A stretch of 64,000 nucleotides of DNA from an uncultured Candidatus Rokubacteria bacterium (GTDB lineage Bacteria > Methylomirabilota > Methylomirabilia > Rokubacteriales > CSP1-6): assembly GCA_963771355.1 (NCBI GenBank), contig CAVYTA010000006.1:2144001-2208000 (forward strand). Reading direction: 5' to 3'. The notes under the pieces are model-generated. The model did no database searches, was not told the DNA's origin, and worked only from the letters and a program-made list of their open reading frames with translations. This document shows positions 46,992 to 58,057 of this stretch, piece after piece. Both the position numbers and the translations under genes were made by a program. Position 1 is the first letter of the stretch. Each line of letters opens with the position of its first letter.

Positions 46992-47785
46992 TGGCCGGTG
47001 AAGAACGAGGCGTCGTCGGAGACGAGGAAGAGCGCAGTGGCGGCCACCTCCCGCGGCTCGGCGAGCCGTCCGAGGGGGGTGCGGGAGAGGACGGCCTTGC
47101 GCGAGAGCGGCGAAAGCGTCTGGGTCATGGGCGTGTCGATGAAGCCGGGGCAGATGGCGTTGACGCGTATCCCGCGCGAGCCCACCTCGCGGGCCACCGC
47201 CCGGGTGAAGGCGAGAATGCCGCCCTTGGCCGCCGAGTAGTGCGGGACCGTCTCGAGGCCCATGAGCGCGGCCACGCTCGACAGGTTGACGATGGCGCCC
47301 TGGTTCCGGCGGCTCATGAGCCGGAGCGCCTCGCGCGTGCAGAAGAAGGTGCCGTTGAGGTGCACCCCGATCACGCGGTGCCAGGCCTCGTCGGACATCT
47401 CCTGGGTCACGTCCCAGTGGGTCTCTATCTGCTGGCCGCTCACCATCTCCATGATGCGCGCGTCCGACCGCTCGCGCCGGGACTCCAGGTCCTCCCCCGG
47501 GCCGTAGGCGATGCCGGCATTGTTCACCAGGATGTCGAGCGCTCCGTAGCGGCGGTCGATCTCGGCGAACATGGCGCGCACCTGGCCGCTGTCGGCAACG
47601 TCGGCGGCGAGCGCGCAGGCCTGGGCGCCCGCCGCGCCCATCTCCTGGACGGTCTTCTCGGCGGCAGCGAGGTGGAGATCGTTCACCACCACCCGCGCGC
47701 CTTCCTCCGCGAAGAGCAACGCGGTCGCGCGCCCGATGCCCGAGCCGCCGCCCGTCACCACCGCCACCCGGTCCTTGAGCCTCAT
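46955..47785 (-). CDS. Short-chain dehydrogenase/reductase (FabG-like)
   Basis: TGGGSGIG, NNAG, YSAAK, PGFIDT. Confidence 0.92.
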   Translation of the reverse strand: MRLKDRVAVVTGGGSGIGRATALLFAEEGARVVVNDLHLAAAEKTVQEMGAAGAQACALAADVADSGQVRAMFAEIDRRYGALDILVNNAGIAYGPGEDLESRRERSDARIMEMVSGQQIETHWDVTQEMSDEAWHRVIGVHLNGTFFCTREALRLMSRRNQGAIVNLSSVAALMGLETVPHYSAAKGGILAFTRAVAREVGSRGIRVNAICPGFIDTPMTQTLSPLSRKAVLSRTPLGRLAEPREVAATALFLVSDDASFFTGQWLSPNGGLFIG

Positions 47786-47818
47786 CGCGTCCTCCCGGTG
47801 GCCAGCTTGGTTGAACGC

Positions 47819-47843
47819 CAAAGGGGCGGCCGCCGCCGCCCCT
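47819..47843 (-). terminator. Possible intrinsic terminator after rplQ
   Basis: GGGGCGGC/GCCGCCCC stem with 4-nt loop, followed by only a short T run on the minus strand. Confidence 0.4.
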
Positions 47844-47873
47844 GGGTGCCCTGCTCCGGCGTCACGTCCCCGA

Positions 47874-48374
47874 TCAGCCGGCGGCGGCCGCCGCCTTCTT
47901 CTTGCGTCCCTTGCGCGCGCCCGCGGCGGCCTCGCCCTTGTCACCCTTGTCGGCCTTCTCGCCCTTGGGTGCCTTCTCGGCCTTCGTGTCCTTCTTCTTC
48001 TTTTCCCGGGGCGCCTCGGGCCGGTCCACCAGCTCGAGCACGACCATGGAGGCGCGGTCACCCGGACGCGTGCCGGCATGGATGATCCGGGTATAGCCGC
48101 CGTTCCGGTCCGAGAACCGCGCGGCGATGGTGTCGAACAGCTTCTTCACCACCGTCTCGTCGGGGACCATGGCGAGCACCTGGCGCTTGGCGTGGAGATT
48201 CTCCCGCTTGGCCAGCGTCACCATCTGGTCCGCCATCCCCCGCACCGCCTTGGCCTTGGCCTCGGTGGTCATGATGCGCTCGTGGCGGAAGAGCGCCACC
48301 AGGAGATTGCGGAAGAGAGCCCACCGGTGCGAGGTGACCCGTCCGAGCTTGTAGTTCGCCCGGCCGTGCCTCAT
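47874..48374 (-). CDS. rplQ: 50S ribosomal protein L17
   Basis: MRHGRANYKLGR, TTEAKAK, GGYTRI; Lys/Ala-rich tail. Confidence 0.96.
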   Translation of the reverse strand: MRHGRANYKLGRVTSHRWALFRNLLVALFRHERIMTTEAKAKAVRGMADQMVTLAKRENLHAKRQVLAMVPDETVVKKLFDTIAARFSDRNGGYTRIIHAGTRPGDRASMVVLELVDRPEAPREKKKKDTKAEKAPKGEKADKGDKGEAAAGARKGRKKKAAAAAG

Positions 48375-49357
48375 TTCGCGCCTCCGCGCCCCAGGGTTCC
48401 GAGCACGTTGGGGTCGATCCGCATCCCCAGGGACAGGCCGAGGCTGGCCAGCGCGGTCTTGATCTCCTCGATGGATTTCTCTCCGAGGTTCTTCACGTTC
48501 TCGAGGTCGGCATCCGTCTTCTGCACGAGATCGGCCACGGTGAGGATCTCGGCGTTGCGGAGCGCGTTGATGGCACGCGCCGGCAGCGGCAGCTCCTCCA
48601 GCACCTTGGACAGGCTCTCCTGAAGGAAGCCCTCCCCTTCCGCCTCGACCTCCTCGTCCTCTTCCGGCCCGCCCTCGGGAGCCAGCAGGGCGAAGTGATC
48701 GCGCATGTAGCCGGCGGCCTTGGTGAGGGCCTCGTCCGGCGACACCGCGCCGTTGGTCCACACCTCGATGATGAGCCGCTCATAGTCGGTGATCTTGCCC
48801 AGCCGCGAGTTCTCCACGTTGTAGGCGACGCGCTGGATGGGCGAGAAGGCGGCGTCCATGGGGATGGCGCCCGCGGGGACGCTGCCGGCGGAGTGCCCGG
48901 CCGCGTTCACGTAGCCGCGTCCGATGTTCACCCCGATCTCGATGGAGAGGGTCGCGCCCTCCTCGAGCGTGGCGATGGGGATCTCGGGGTTGAGCACCTC
49001 GATCCCTTCCGCCTCGGAGACGTCGGCGCCGGTGACCTGCCGGGGGCCCTTGGCGTCGATCCGGGTGGTGGTGGGCTCGCCGGACGGCACGTTGACGGCG
49101 AGCTTGCGCAGGTTCAGGAGGACGTCGGTAGTCTCCTCCTGCACGCCGGGAATCTTGGTCTCCGCGTCCCGCACGCCGGGGATGCGCACCCACGCCACCG
49201 CCGCCCCCGGGATGATGCTGAGCAGGGTGCGCCGCAGGGAGTTCCCCACCGTGAGCGCGTAGCCCTTCTCGAACGGCTCCGCCACCAGACGCGCGTAGCG
49301 GTCGGTGTTGATCTCCCACTCGATGTGTCTCGGTTTCTGAAACGGGATCCTGGCCAT
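48371..49357 (-). CDS. rpoA: RNA polymerase alpha subunit
   Basis: GNSLRRTLLS, GRGYV, FSPI, KNLGEKS; alpha operon position. Confidence 0.95.
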   Translation of the reverse strand: MARIPFQKPRHIEWEINTDRYARLVAEPFEKGYALTVGNSLRRTLLSIIPGAAVAWVRIPGVRDAETKIPGVQEETTDVLLNLRKLAVNVPSGEPTTTRIDAKGPRQVTGADVSEAEGIEVLNPEIPIATLEEGATLSIEIGVNIGRGYVNAAGHSAGSVPAGAIPMDAAFSPIQRVAYNVENSRLGKITDYERLIIEVWTNGAVSPDEALTKAAGYMRDHFALLAPEGGPEEDEEVEAEGEGFLQESLSKVLEELPLPARAINALRNAEILTVADLVQKTDADLENVKNLGEKSIEEIKTALASLGLSLGMRIDPNVLGTLGRGGAK

Positions 49358-49363
49358 GGTCTC

Positions 49364-49987
49364 CTACTTTGAGAACAGCTCGACGATCAGCTGCTCCTGC
49401 ACGGGGATCTGGATGTCCTCCCGGACCGGAAGACCGCGCACCATCCCCTTCTTTTGATTGACGTCCAGGTCGAGCCAGGCCGGCACCGCCGACCGGCCCG
49501 CGCCGAGGTTGTCGGCCGCGCGCTCCTGCATCTTGGAGGTGGGGCGGAGCTGCACCGCCTCGCCCACCCGGACGATGTAGGACGGCACCGACACCTTGCG
49601 GCCGTTGACCTGGATATGCCCGTGGGCCACCATCTGCCGCGACTCGCGGCGCGACGCCGCCAGGCCCAGGCGGAAGACCACGTTGTCGAGCCGGCGCTCG
49701 AGGAGCTTGAGCAGGTTCTCGCCGGTGATCCCCTTCTCGCGCTCGGCGCGCGCGAAGTAGCGGCGGAACTGCGTCTCCAGCACCCCGTAGATGTGCTTGG
49801 CCTTCTGCTTCTCCCGGAGCTGGATGCCGTAGTTGGTCAGCTTGGTGCGGGACAGCCCGTGCTGGCCGGGGGGGTAGTTCCGCCGCTCGATCGCGCACTT
49901 CTCGCCGAAGCAGCGCGCGCCCTTGAGAAAGAGCTTGATCCCCTCGCGCCGGCACTGCCGGCAGACCGCCTCTCGATATCTCGCCAC
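49364..49987 (-). CDS. rpsD: 30S ribosomal protein S4
   Basis: [26 protein letters not shown]. Confidence 0.97.
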   Translation of the reverse strand: MARYREAVCRQCRREGIKLFLKGARCFGEKCAIERRNYPPGQHGLSRTKLTNYGIQLREKQKAKHIYGVLETQFRRYFARAEREKGITGENLLKLLERRLDNVVFRLGLAASRRESRQMVAHGHIQVNGRKVSVPSYIVRVGEAVQLRPTSKMQERAADNLGAGRSAVPAWLDLDVNQKKGMVRGLPVREDIQIPVQEQLIVELFSK

Positions 49988-49999
49988 GAAATCTCCTCC

Positions 50000-50413
50000 C
50001 TAAACCCGTCGCCGCTTCGGCGGCCGGCAGCCGTTGTGCGGGATCGGGGTCACGTCTCGAATCGAAGTCACCTCGAGCCCCACCGCCTGCAGCGCGCGGA
50101 TGGCGGCCTCCCGGCCGGCGCCGGGGCCCTTGACGCAGACCTCCACCGACTTGAGGCCGAGCTCCATGGCCTTGCGCGCGGCGTTCTCCGCGGCGGTCTG
50201 GGCGGCGAAGGGGGTGCTCTTACGGGAGCCCTTGAAGCCCACGCTGCCCGCGCTCGCCCAGGAGACGACGTTGCCCGTCTTGTCGGTCAAGGTGACGATG
50301 GTGTTGTTGAAGGTGGCCTGCACGTGGGCGACGCCCACGCGGACTTCCTTGCGCTCGCGCTTGCGTCCGCCCTTGCGGGGGGCCGCCGGCTTCTCTTCTG
50401 GCGTGTCGGCCAT
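50000..50413 (-). CDS. rpsK: 30S ribosomal protein S11
   Basis: [32 protein letters not shown]. Confidence 0.98.
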   Translation of the reverse strand: MADTPEEKPAAPRKGGRKRERKEVRVGVAHVQATFNNTIVTLTDKTGNVVSWASAGSVGFKGSRKSTPFAAQTAAENAARKAMELGLKSVEVCVKGPGAGREAAIRALQAVGLEVTSIRDVTPIPHNGCRPPKRRRV

Positions 50414-50425
50414 GTCGCTGGCTCC

Positions 50426-50845
50426 TTATTTCCGCGCCGCGGCGGGCGCCGCGGGGGCGGCGGGGGCGGCGGCCACGGTCTTCTTCTTGACCATCACGCC
50501 CTTGCTCTTGCCCTTGCGCGTCCGCGCGTTGGTGTGGGTGCGCTGGCCGCGCACGGGCAGGCCCTTGCGGTGACGGATCCCGCGGTAGGAGCCGATGTCC
50601 ATGAGGCGCTTCACGTTCATGGCCACCTCGCGGCGCAGGTCGCCCTCGACCTTGTACTCGCGCTCGATGATGTCCCGGACGCGGGCGGTCTCGTCGTCGC
50701 TCCAGGCCTTCACGCGCTTGTTCCCGTCCACGCGCGCGTCGGACATGATGCGCCGGGCCGAGGGGATTCCGATCCCGTAGATGTACTGGACGGCGATGAG
50801 GCCGCGCTTCTCACGCGGCAGATCGATTCCGGCAATACGTGCCAT
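50426..50845 (-). CDS. rpsM: 30S ribosomal protein S13
   Basis: [28 protein letters not shown]. Confidence 0.98.
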   Translation of the reverse strand: MARIAGIDLPREKRGLIAVQYIYGIGIPSARRIMSDARVDGNKRVKAWSDDETARVRDIIEREYKVEGDLRREVAMNVKRLMDIGSYRGIRHRKGLPVRGQRTHTNARTRKGKSKGVMVKKKTVAAAPAAPAAPAAARK

Positions 50846-50854
50846 GTCGGCTCC

Positions 50855-50968
50855 TTACCCCTGACGCTGCTTGTGACGCGGGTTCTTGCAGATCACGTGC
50901 ACGATGCCATGCCGGCGCACGATCTTGCAGTTCTCGCAGCGCACCTTCACGGATGGCTTCACTTTCAT
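50855..50968 (-). CDS. rpmJ: 50S ribosomal protein L36 (not in ORF track)
   Basis: Translated by hand: [37 protein letters not shown]. Confidence 0.97.
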   Translation of the reverse strand: MKVKPSVKVRCENCKIVRRHGIVHVICKNPRHKQRQG

Positions 50969-51023
50969 GTCGTGGTCGATGTCCTTGTTGGCCCGGCGCG
51001 CCGACGGCGGCGCTCACCGAGCG

Positions 51024-51242
51024 TCACTTGAATCGGTACGTGATCCGGCCGCGGGTCAAGTCGTACGGCGACAGCTCCACCTTGACCTTGTCCCCGGGGA
51101 GGATCCGGATGAAGTTCATCCGCATCTTGCCGGAGACGTGGGCGAGCACCTTGTGCCCGTTCTCCAGCTCCACCCGGAACATGGCATTCGGGAGCGGCTC
51201 CACCACCGTCCCCTCCACCTCGATCGCGTCTTCCTTGGGCAC
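51024..51242 (-). CDS. infA: Translation initiation factor IF-1
   Basis: [27 protein letters not shown]. Confidence 0.98.
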   Translation of the reverse strand: MPKEDAIEVEGTVVEPLPNAMFRVELENGHKVLAHVSGKMRMNFIRILPGDKVKVELSPYDLTRGRITYRFK

Positions 51243-51251
51243 CGGGGTCTC

Positions 51252-52013
51252 CTAGGCCTTGGACTCGAGCCGGGTGAGGACCTCGGGGCCCTCCTCGGTG
51301 ATGGCGATGGTGTCCTCGAAATGGGCGGCCAGGCTGCCGTCCTCGGTGACGGCGGTCCACCGGTCCTCGAGGATACGCACCTCCCACGAGCCCATGGTGA
51401 TCATGGGCTCGATGGCGAGCACCATGCCCGGCTTGAGAAGGGCCCCGCGCCCGGCTTCCCCGAAATTCGGCACCTGGGGGTCCTCGTGGAGCTGGCGGCC
51501 GATGCCGTGCCCCACGAAAGCCCGCACCACCCCGAAGCCATGGCTCTCGCAGTGGCTCTGCACCGCGTGGGAGATATCGCCCAGCCGGTTGCCGGCCCGG
51601 CACTGGACGATGGCCTTGTCGAGGCTCTCACGGGTGACATCGAGCAGCTCCTGCACCCGCGGCGGCACCGGCCCCACCGCCAGCGTGATGGCGCAGTCGG
51701 CGTAGTAGCCCTCCACGATGCAGCCGAGGTCCAGCCCGATGATGTCGCCCGCAGCCAGCCGCCGCTTGGCGGAGGGGATACCGTGGACGATCTCCTCGTT
51801 GATCGAGGTGCACACCGTGGCGGGAAAGCCCCGATATCCCTTGAAGGCGGACTTGGCTCCCTTCGAGACGATGAAGGCCTCCACGTCGGCGTCGATGTCC
51901 TTGGTCGTGATCCCCGGATGCACCTGGACGCGCAGCCGGTCCTTCACCTCGGCGAGGATGAGTCCCGCCGCGCGCATGTGCGCGAGCTCGCGAGCGGACT
52001 TGAGCATGATCAT
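51252..52013 (-). CDS. map: Methionine aminopeptidase type I
   Basis: SINEEIVHGIP, GHGIGRQLHEDP, AIEPMI, AHFEDT. Confidence 0.97.
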   Translation of the reverse strand: MIMLKSARELAHMRAAGLILAEVKDRLRVQVHPGITTKDIDADVEAFIVSKGAKSAFKGYRGFPATVCTSINEEIVHGIPSAKRRLAAGDIIGLDLGCIVEGYYADCAITLAVGPVPPRVQELLDVTRESLDKAIVQCRAGNRLGDISHAVQSHCESHGFGVVRAFVGHGIGRQLHEDPQVPNFGEAGRGALLKPGMVLAIEPMITMGSWEVRILEDRWTAVTEDGSLAAHFEDTIAITEEGPEVLTRLESKA

Positions 52014-52672
52014 GCCGGCACCGTCCGCCGGACCGCCTTGCGGATGTCCCCCGCCACGCGGTCCACCGCGCCCTCGCCGCCCACGCCGGCGAGGAGGCCC
52101 CGGTCACGGTAGTAGGCGAGCAGGGGCGCCGTCTGCTTGTCGTACACGTCGAGGCGGGTGGCCACCGCCTCGCTCGAGTCGTCCGAGCGCTGGTAGAGCT
52201 CGCCCGCGCACTTGTCGCATCGGCCGGCCTCGCGCGGCGCCGCCGAGACGATGTGGAAGGCGGTGCCGCACTGGCGGCACACCCGCCGGCCGGTGAGCCG
52301 GCGCAGCAGCTCCTCGCGGGAGACGTCGAGGAACACCACCCGGTCGAGCGCCATCCCCCGGGCCTTCAGCATGGCGTCCAGCGCCTGCGCCTGGGCGACG
52401 GTGCGGGGAAAGCCGTCCAGCACGAAGCCGGCGCGGGCGTCGGGCCGGGCGAGCCGCTCCTCCACGAGCCCGATCACCACCTCGTCGGGCACCAGCGCGC
52501 CGGAATCCATGTAGCGCTTGGCCTCGAGCCCGAGCGGCGTCCGCGCCCCCGCCGCCTCGCGCAGCATGTCCCCGGTCGCCACCTGAGGCACGCCCCACTC
52601 CGCGGCCAGACCGCGCGCCTGCGTCCCCTTGCCCGCGCCGGGGGCGCCGAGAAAGATGACCCGCGCGCTCAC
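52010..52672 (-). CDS. adk: Adenylate kinase
   Basis: GAPGAGKGTQ, LDGFPRT, zinc lid CRQC/CDKC. Confidence 0.97.
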   Translation of the reverse strand: MSARVIFLGAPGAGKGTQARGLAAEWGVPQVATGDMLREAAGARTPLGLEAKRYMDSGALVPDEVVIGLVEERLARPDARAGFVLDGFPRTVAQAQALDAMLKARGMALDRVVFLDVSREELLRRLTGRRVCRQCGTAFHIVSAAPREAGRCDKCAGELYQRSDDSSEAVATRLDVYDKQTAPLLAYYRDRGLLAGVGGEGAVDRVAGDIRKAVRRTVPA

Positions 52673-53976
52673 GCCCGCGCCTTCTTGCGGAGGAAGCCTT
52701 CATAGTTCCGCATGAGGAGGTGGGACTCCATCTGCCGCACGGTGTCCAGCGCCACCCCCACCACGATGAGGAGGCTGGTCCCGCCGAAGTAGAAGGGGGT
52801 GTTGAACCAGCGGATGAGGAAGTCCGGCAGCACCGAGATGAGGGCGAGGAAGACGGCGCCCGGCAGGGTGATGCGGGTGAGCGTCCGGTCGATGTACTCC
52901 GCCGTCTTCTTGCCCGGCCGCACCCCGGGGATGAAACCCCCGTACTTCTTCATGTTGTCGGCGAGGTCGATGGGGTTGAAGACGATCGCGGTGTAAAAGT
53001 AGGCAAAGAAGATGATGAGGCCGCAGTACAGCACGGTGTAGGTCATGTGCCCGGGCGACAGGGACTCGGAGATGACCTGCATCCACGGGTGGCTGATGAA
53101 TCGCGTCAGCGTGGCCGGGAAGAGGATCAGGGAAGACGCGAAGATCACCGGGATGACGCCGGCGGTGTTGATGCGGAGGGGGATGTGAGTGGACTGCCCC
53201 CCGTAGACGCGCCGGCCCACCACCCGCTTGGCGTATTGAACGGGAATTTTTCGCTGCCCCTCCTGCATCACGATGACCGCCGCGGTGACGGCCAGCATCA
53301 TGAGGAGCAGCCCGAGGAAGACGAAGAGCTTGAGCTCGCCGTTCCGGATGAGCGTGAACGAGGAGACGATGGCCGAGGGCAGGCGGACCACGATCCCCGC
53401 GAAGATGATGAGGGAGATCCCGTTGCCGATCCCCTTCTCGGAGATCTGCTCGCCCAGCCACATGATCAGCGCGGTCCCGGTGGTGAGCGTGATCATGGTG
53501 AGGAGCCGGAAGCCCCAGCCCGGATCGGGCACGATGGCGATGCCGCCGGGGCTGCGCATGCTCTCGAGCCCCACCGCGATCCCGAAGGCCTGCACCAGCG
53601 ACAGCACGATGGTGCCGTAGCGGGTGTACTGGGTGATCTTCTTCTTCCCCGCCTCCCCCTCCTTGGCCAGCCGCTCGAGCGCCGGGATCACCACGGTGAG
53701 GAGCTGGAGGATGATGGACGCGGAGATGTAGGGCATGATCCCCAGCGCAAACACGGTGAGGCGCCGGAGGTTGCCGCCCGAGAAGAGGTCCACCATGCCG
53801 AGCAAGGTGCCCTGCACCTGGTTGAAGAACTGGGCCAGGGAGGCCCCGTCGATACCCGGCGTAGGCACATGCGCGCCGAGCCGATACGCGGCGAGGAGGC
53901 CGAGCGTGATCAGAACGCGGCGCTTGAGCTCCGGAATCTTGAAGATGTTCCGGAAGCTCTGCAGGCTCTCGAACAT
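52669..53976 (-). CDS. secY: Preprotein translocase SecY
   Basis: FALGIMPYISASII, GIGNGISL, FIPGVRPG, GGTSLLIVVGV. Confidence 0.98.
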   Translation of the reverse strand: MFESLQSFRNIFKIPELKRRVLITLGLLAAYRLGAHVPTPGIDGASLAQFFNQVQGTLLGMVDLFSGGNLRRLTVFALGIMPYISASIILQLLTVVIPALERLAKEGEAGKKKITQYTRYGTIVLSLVQAFGIAVGLESMRSPGGIAIVPDPGWGFRLLTMITLTTGTALIMWLGEQISEKGIGNGISLIIFAGIVVRLPSAIVSSFTLIRNGELKLFVFLGLLLMMLAVTAAVIVMQEGQRKIPVQYAKRVVGRRVYGGQSTHIPLRINTAGVIPVIFASSLILFPATLTRFISHPWMQVISESLSPGHMTYTVLYCGLIIFFAYFYTAIVFNPIDLADNMKKYGGFIPGVRPGKKTAEYIDRTLTRITLPGAVFLALISVLPDFLIRWFNTPFYFGGTSLLIVVGVALDTVRQMESHLLMRNYEGFLRKKARA

Positions 53977-54428
53977 CAGGCGAGGACCTCGACCCGGCCG
54001 CCGGCGGCCTCGAGCTTCTTCCGGGCCGACTCGCTGATCTTGTGGGCGCGGACGGTGAGCGCGTGCCCTACCTCGCCGTCGCCCAGCACCTTCACCCGGC
54101 CGCGGTCGGACTTCTTGATGAGGCGCGCCTGGAGCAGGCTGTCCGGATCCACCACGCTGCCGGCGCCGAAGCGGGCGGCCAGCTCGCTGAGGTTCACGAT
54201 GGCGTACTCGGTCTTGCCCCCGTAAGGCAGGAACCCGCGCTTGGGCAGCCGCCGGTACAGCGGCATCTGGCCGCCCTCGAACCCGCGCCGCACCCCGCCC
54301 CCGGAGCGGGCTTTTTGGCCCTTGTGCCCCTTGCCGGAGGTCTTGCCGTGGCCCGAGCCGGGGCCGCGGCCGATGCGCTTCCGTTTCTTCGTCGAGCCCG
54401 GCGCGGGCCGGAGGTCCTCGATCCTCAT
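53976..54428 (-). CDS. rplO: 50S ribosomal protein L15
   Basis: [28 protein letters not shown]. Confidence 0.98.
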   Translation of the reverse strand: MRIEDLRPAPGSTKKRKRIGRGPGSGHGKTSGKGHKGQKARSGGGVRRGFEGGQMPLYRRLPKRGFLPYGGKTEYAIVNLSELAARFGAGSVVDPDSLLQARLIKKSDRGRVKVLGDGEVGHALTVRAHKISESARKKLEAAGGRVEVLA

Positions 54429-54607
54429 GCCGCCTCCACCTTCAGGGCGAACGGCACCGCCTTGATCATCCCCTGGATGGTGGGGGTATCGTCGTGCTCC
54501 ACCGTCTGCCGGATGTGGCGGAGCCCCAGCGCGCGCACGGTCGCCTCCTGCTTGGGGCTGAGCCCGATGATGCTCTTCACCAGAGTGACCCTGAGCTTCT
54601 TAGCCAC
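54425..54607 (-). CDS. rpmD: 50S ribosomal protein L30
   Basis: [16 protein letters not shown]; spc operon position. Confidence 0.95.
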   Translation of the reverse strand: MAKKLRVTLVKSIIGLSPKQEATVRALGLRHIRQTVEHDDTPTIQGMIKAVPFALKVEAA

Positions 54608-55121
54608 CGGTCGTCTCCTGCGCGTCGCCGTCCACCGCGCGCCGACGGGCCGCGTGTAGATCGAGCTGCCGCTTCATGCGGCGAAACGCGTCGATGGTCG
54701 CCTTGAGCACGTTGTGCGGGTTGTTCGTCCCCAACGTCTTGGTGAGCACGTCCTGGACCCCCGCCGCCTCCAGCACCGGCCGGACCGCGCCGCCCGCGAT
54801 GACGCCGGTCCCCTGCGAGGCCGGCTTCATGAAGACGCGCGCCGCCCCGAACTGTCCCGTCATCTCGCACGGGATGGTGGTGTCCTTGAGGGGCACGAAG
54901 ATCAGGTCCTTCTTGGCGTGCTCCACCGACTTCCGGATGGCTTCCGGAACCTCGCGCGCCTTGCCGAGTCCCACGCCCACGTGGCCGCGGCCGTCGCCGA
55001 CCACCACCAGGGCGGTGAAGGAGAACCGCCGGCCGCCCTTGACGACCTTGGCCACCCGGTTGATCGCGACCACCCGATCGTTCAAGTCCAGCGCGCTGGC
55101 ATCGATCCGTCCTTCAGCCAC
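54600..55121 (-). CDS. rpsE: 30S ribosomal protein S5
   Basis: [24 protein letters not shown]. Confidence 0.98.
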   Translation of the reverse strand: MAEGRIDASALDLNDRVVAINRVAKVVKGGRRFSFTALVVVGDGRGHVGVGLGKAREVPEAIRKSVEHAKKDLIFVPLKDTTIPCEMTGQFGAARVFMKPASQGTGVIAGGAVRPVLEAAGVQDVLTKTLGTNNPHNVLKATIDAFRRMKRQLDLHAARRRAVDGDAQETTGG

Positions 55122-55132
55122 TCGTTATCTCC

Positions 55133-55498
55133 TCAAAACGCGAGTCCGCCGGCTCGTGCCGCGTCGGCCAGCGCCTTCACCCGCCCATGATACTGGTAGC
55201 CGCCTCGGTCGAAGACCACGGGCCCGATGCCCTGCGCCTTCGCCCGCTGCGCGATGAGCTCCCCCACCAGCTTGGCCGCGGCCAGGTTCCCGCCCGTCTT
55301 GAGCTTGGCGCGGAACTCGGGAGCGCGGCTGTCCACCGCGACGAGGGTCTTGCCCGCCACGTCGTCGATGACCTGGGCGTAGATGTGATTCAGGCTGCGA
55401 AACACCACCAGCCGCGGGCGCTCCGCCAATCCCCGCACCTGCTGGCGCACGCGCAGGTGCCGGATCTTTCGCCCTTCGACCTTCCGCTTCGCCAGCAT
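55133..55498 (-). CDS. rplR: 50S ribosomal protein L18
   Basis: [21 protein letters not shown]. Confidence 0.98.
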   Translation of the reverse strand: MLAKRKVEGRKIRHLRVRQQVRGLAERPRLVVFRSLNHIYAQVIDDVAGKTLVAVDSRAPEFRAKLKTGGNLAAAKLVGELIAQRAKAQGIGPVVFDRGGYQYHGRVKALADAARAGGLAF

Positions 55499-56040
55499 TA
55501 CTTGGCCCCCGCCTTCTTGCCGACCTTGCGGCGGATGTACTCGTCGGCGTACTTGATGCCCTTGCCCTTGTACGGATCCGGCTTGCGGAGCCCGCGCAGG
55601 AGCGCCGCCGTTTGCCCCAGGAGGGCCTTGTCCGCGCCGCGCAGGGTGATGGAGACCTGCTTCTCCACCTCCGCCTGTATCCCCTCGGGGAGCGGGAAGA
55701 TCACCGGGTGCGAATAGCCCAGCGCCAGCTGCAGGTTCTTGCCCTGGAGCTGGGCCCGGTACCCGATGCCCACGATCTCCAGCTTGCGCTCGAAGCCGTC
55801 CTTCACCCCGTGCACCATGTTGGCGATGAGGGAGCGGGTGAGCCCGTGCAGCGCCCGCACGTTCCGGTTGTCCGAGCTACGGTCCACCGTCAGCACCGCC
55901 GCCTCCGCCTTCACGGAGATGCCGGAAGGGAGGGTGTGGGAGAGCTTGCCCTTGGGCCCCTCCACCCGCACCGCGCCCGTGTCCACCGCCACCTTGACCC
56001 CCTGCGGCACGGGGATCGGCTTCCGTCCGATTCGCGACAT
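55498..56040 (-). CDS. rplF: 50S ribosomal protein L6
   Basis: [20 protein letters not shown]. Confidence 0.98.
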   Translation of the reverse strand: MSRIGRKPIPVPQGVKVAVDTGAVRVEGPKGKLSHTLPSGISVKAEAAVLTVDRSSDNRNVRALHGLTRSLIANMVHGVKDGFERKLEIVGIGYRAQLQGKNLQLALGYSHPVIFPLPEGIQAEVEKQVSITLRGADKALLGQTAALLRGLRKPDPYKGKGIKYADEYIRRKVGKKAGAK

Positions 56041-56049
56041 GGTCGGCTC

Positions 56050-56445
56050 CTACCACACGTAGGCGAGGACCTCACCGCCGAGGCCCTGCTTGCGGACCTC
56101 GCGGTCGGTCATCACGCCCCGGGAAGTGGACAGGATCGCCACGCCCATGCCGCCCAGGATGGACGGGATCTTGTCCTTGCCCACGTAGATGCGCCGGCCC
56201 GGCCGCGACACCCGCACCAGGCCGGTGATGACGCGCTCGTTGCCCGCGCCGTACTTGAGATACACGCGGAGCGTGCCGGGCTTCTTCTCTTCCATCAAGC
56301 GGAAGTTCTTGATGAAGCCCTCGCTCTTGAGGATCTCGGTGATCCGCACCTTGAGCTTGGAGGACGGGATGTCCACCTTCTCGTGCTCGGCGCCGCTGGC
56401 ATTCCGGATGCGGGTGAGGAGGTCGGCGATGGGATCGGTCATCAT
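56050..56445 (-). CDS. rpsH: 30S ribosomal protein S8
   Basis: [30 protein letters not shown]. Confidence 0.98.
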   Translation of the reverse strand: MMTDPIADLLTRIRNASGAEHEKVDIPSSKLKVRITEILKSEGFIKNFRLMEEKKPGTLRVYLKYGAGNERVITGLVRVSRPGRRIYVGKDKIPSILGGMGVAILSTSRGVMTDREVRKQGLGGEVLAYVW

Positions 56446-56457
56446 GTCCGGGCTCTC

Positions 56458-56643
56458 CTACCAGCTCGCCTTGATCACGCCCGGAACCTCACCCTTGAGC
56501 GCCAGCTCCCGGAAGCAGAGCCGGCAGCACTGGAACTTGCGCAGGTACCCGCGGGGACGCCCGCAGAGCTTGCAGCGGTTGTGCGTCCGCACCCCGAACT
56601 TGGGCGTGCGCTGCGACTTCATGATCAGCGAGGTCTTTGCCAT
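56458..56643 (-). CDS. rpsN: 30S ribosomal protein S14, zinc type
   Basis: [22 protein letters not shown]. Confidence 0.97.
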   Translation of the reverse strand: MAKTSLIMKSQRTPKFGVRTHNRCKLCGRPRGYLRKFQCCRLCFRELALKGEVPGVIKASW

Positions 56644-56645
56644 GC

Positions 56646-57341
56646 CTAGGACTCCCTGAAGGGCAAGCCGAGATGAGCCAGCAGCGCCTTCGCTTCCTCG
56701 TCGGTGTCGGCGGTGGTCACCATGATGATGTCCATGCCCCGGGTCTTGTCGACCTTGTCATAGACGATCTCCGGGAAGATCACCTGTTCCTTGAGCCCCA
56801 GCGCGTAATTACCGCGGCCGTCGAAGGACTTGGGGGGCACCCCCCGGAAGTCGCGCACGCGCGGGAGGGCCACGTTCACCAGCCGGTCGAGGAACTCGTA
56901 CATCCGCGCGCCGCGCAGGGTCACCTTGCACCCGATGGGGGAGTTCTCGCGGAGCTTGAAGTTCGCGATCGACTTCTTGGCCCGCGTCACTACCGGCTTC
57001 TGCCCCGCGATGGTCTGGAGGTCCGCCACCGCGAAGTCCACCACCTTCGCGTTCTCCTTGCCCTCTCCCACGCCCATGTTGATGACGATCTTCTCCATCC
57101 GGGGCACCTGGAAGGGATTGGTGTAGCCGCGCTCCTTCATGAGGGCCGGGATCACCGTGGCCCGGAAGCGGTCACGCAGCCGCGGGGGGACGTCACCCGT
57201 CACCCTCGCCTGGACCGTCGGCGCGGCGGCGGGGGCGGGCGCACCCTTGCCCCCCTTGCCGGGGGCGGCGGGCTTCTTTGCGCCCGCCTGGCCCGGCGGC
57301 GTCTTCGGGGCCTGCTTGTCGGGCTTCTTCGCGTCAGCCAT
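56646..57341 (-). CDS. rplE: 50S ribosomal protein L5
   Basis: [23 protein letters not shown]-terminal low-complexity extension. Confidence 0.97.
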   Translation of the reverse strand: MADAKKPDKQAPKTPPGQAGAKKPAAPGKGGKGAPAPAAAPTVQARVTGDVPPRLRDRFRATVIPALMKERGYTNPFQVPRMEKIVINMGVGEGKENAKVVDFAVADLQTIAGQKPVVTRAKKSIANFKLRENSPIGCKVTLRGARMYEFLDRLVNVALPRVRDFRGVPPKSFDGRGNYALGLKEQVIFPEIVYDKVDKTRGMDIIMVTTADTDEEAKALLAHLGLPFRES

Positions 57342-57347
57342 GGCTCA

Positions 57348-57674
57348 TCACACCTTGTCGATGATCTCGCCGGACTTCCTGGCGATCCGGGCCTTGGTGC
57401 CATCCGCCAGCTGCCGGATGCCGACCCGGGTGGGTTTGTCGTTGCGCGGATCCAGCAGCATCACGTTGGAGAGGTGGAGCGGCGCCTCGCGCTCGATGAT
57501 GCCGCCCTGGCGGAGCTTCTGCGTGGGCTTCTGGTGCTTCTTCATCATGTTGAGCCGCTCGACGATGACCCGCCCCTCGGCGGGGAACACGTGGAGCACC
57601 TTGCCCCGCTTGCCCCGCTCCCGGCCCGCGATCACCACCACGGTGTCGCCCTTCCGCACGTGCGCCTGCGCCAT
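57348..57674 (-). CDS. rplX: 50S ribosomal protein L24
   Basis: [19 protein letters not shown]. Confidence 0.97.
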   Translation of the reverse strand: MAQAHVRKGDTVVVIAGRERGKRGKVLHVFPAEGRVIVERLNMMKKHQKPTQKLRQGGIIEREAPLHLSNVMLLDPRNDKPTRVGIRQLADGTKARIARKSGEIIDKV

Positions 57675-57681
57675 ACGCTCC

Positions 57682-58050
57682 TCAGATGACCTCAGGGGCC
57701 AGCGAGATGATCTTGGTGAACTGCTTGTCGCGCAGCTCGCGCGCCACCGGCCCGAAGATGCGGGTGCCCACCGGATTGTCGTCCGCCTTGAGGAGCACCA
57801 CCGCGTTCCGGTCGAAGCGGATGTAGGACCCGTCCCTCCGCCCGACCTCCTTCACCGTGCGCACCACCACCGCGCGGGCCACCTCGCCCTTCTTCACCGT
57901 CCCGTCCGGCACCGCCTCCTTGACCGCGACGATGACGATGTCGCCCAGGGAAGCGGTGCGCTTGTTGGATCCGCCCATCACGCGGATGCACTGGGCCTTC
58001 TTGGCGCCGGAGTTGTCCGCCACATCGAGCATCGTTCTCGGCTGGATCAT
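57682..58050 (-). CDS. rplN: 50S ribosomal protein L14
   Basis: [26 protein letters not shown]. Confidence 0.98.
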   Translation of the reverse strand: MIQPRTMLDVADNSGAKKAQCIRVMGGSNKRTASLGDIVIVAVKEAVPDGTVKKGEVARAVVVRTVKEVGRRDGSYIRFDRNAVVLLKADDNPVGTRIFGPVARELRDKQFTKIISLAPEVI

Positions 58051-58057
58051 GTCGGTC

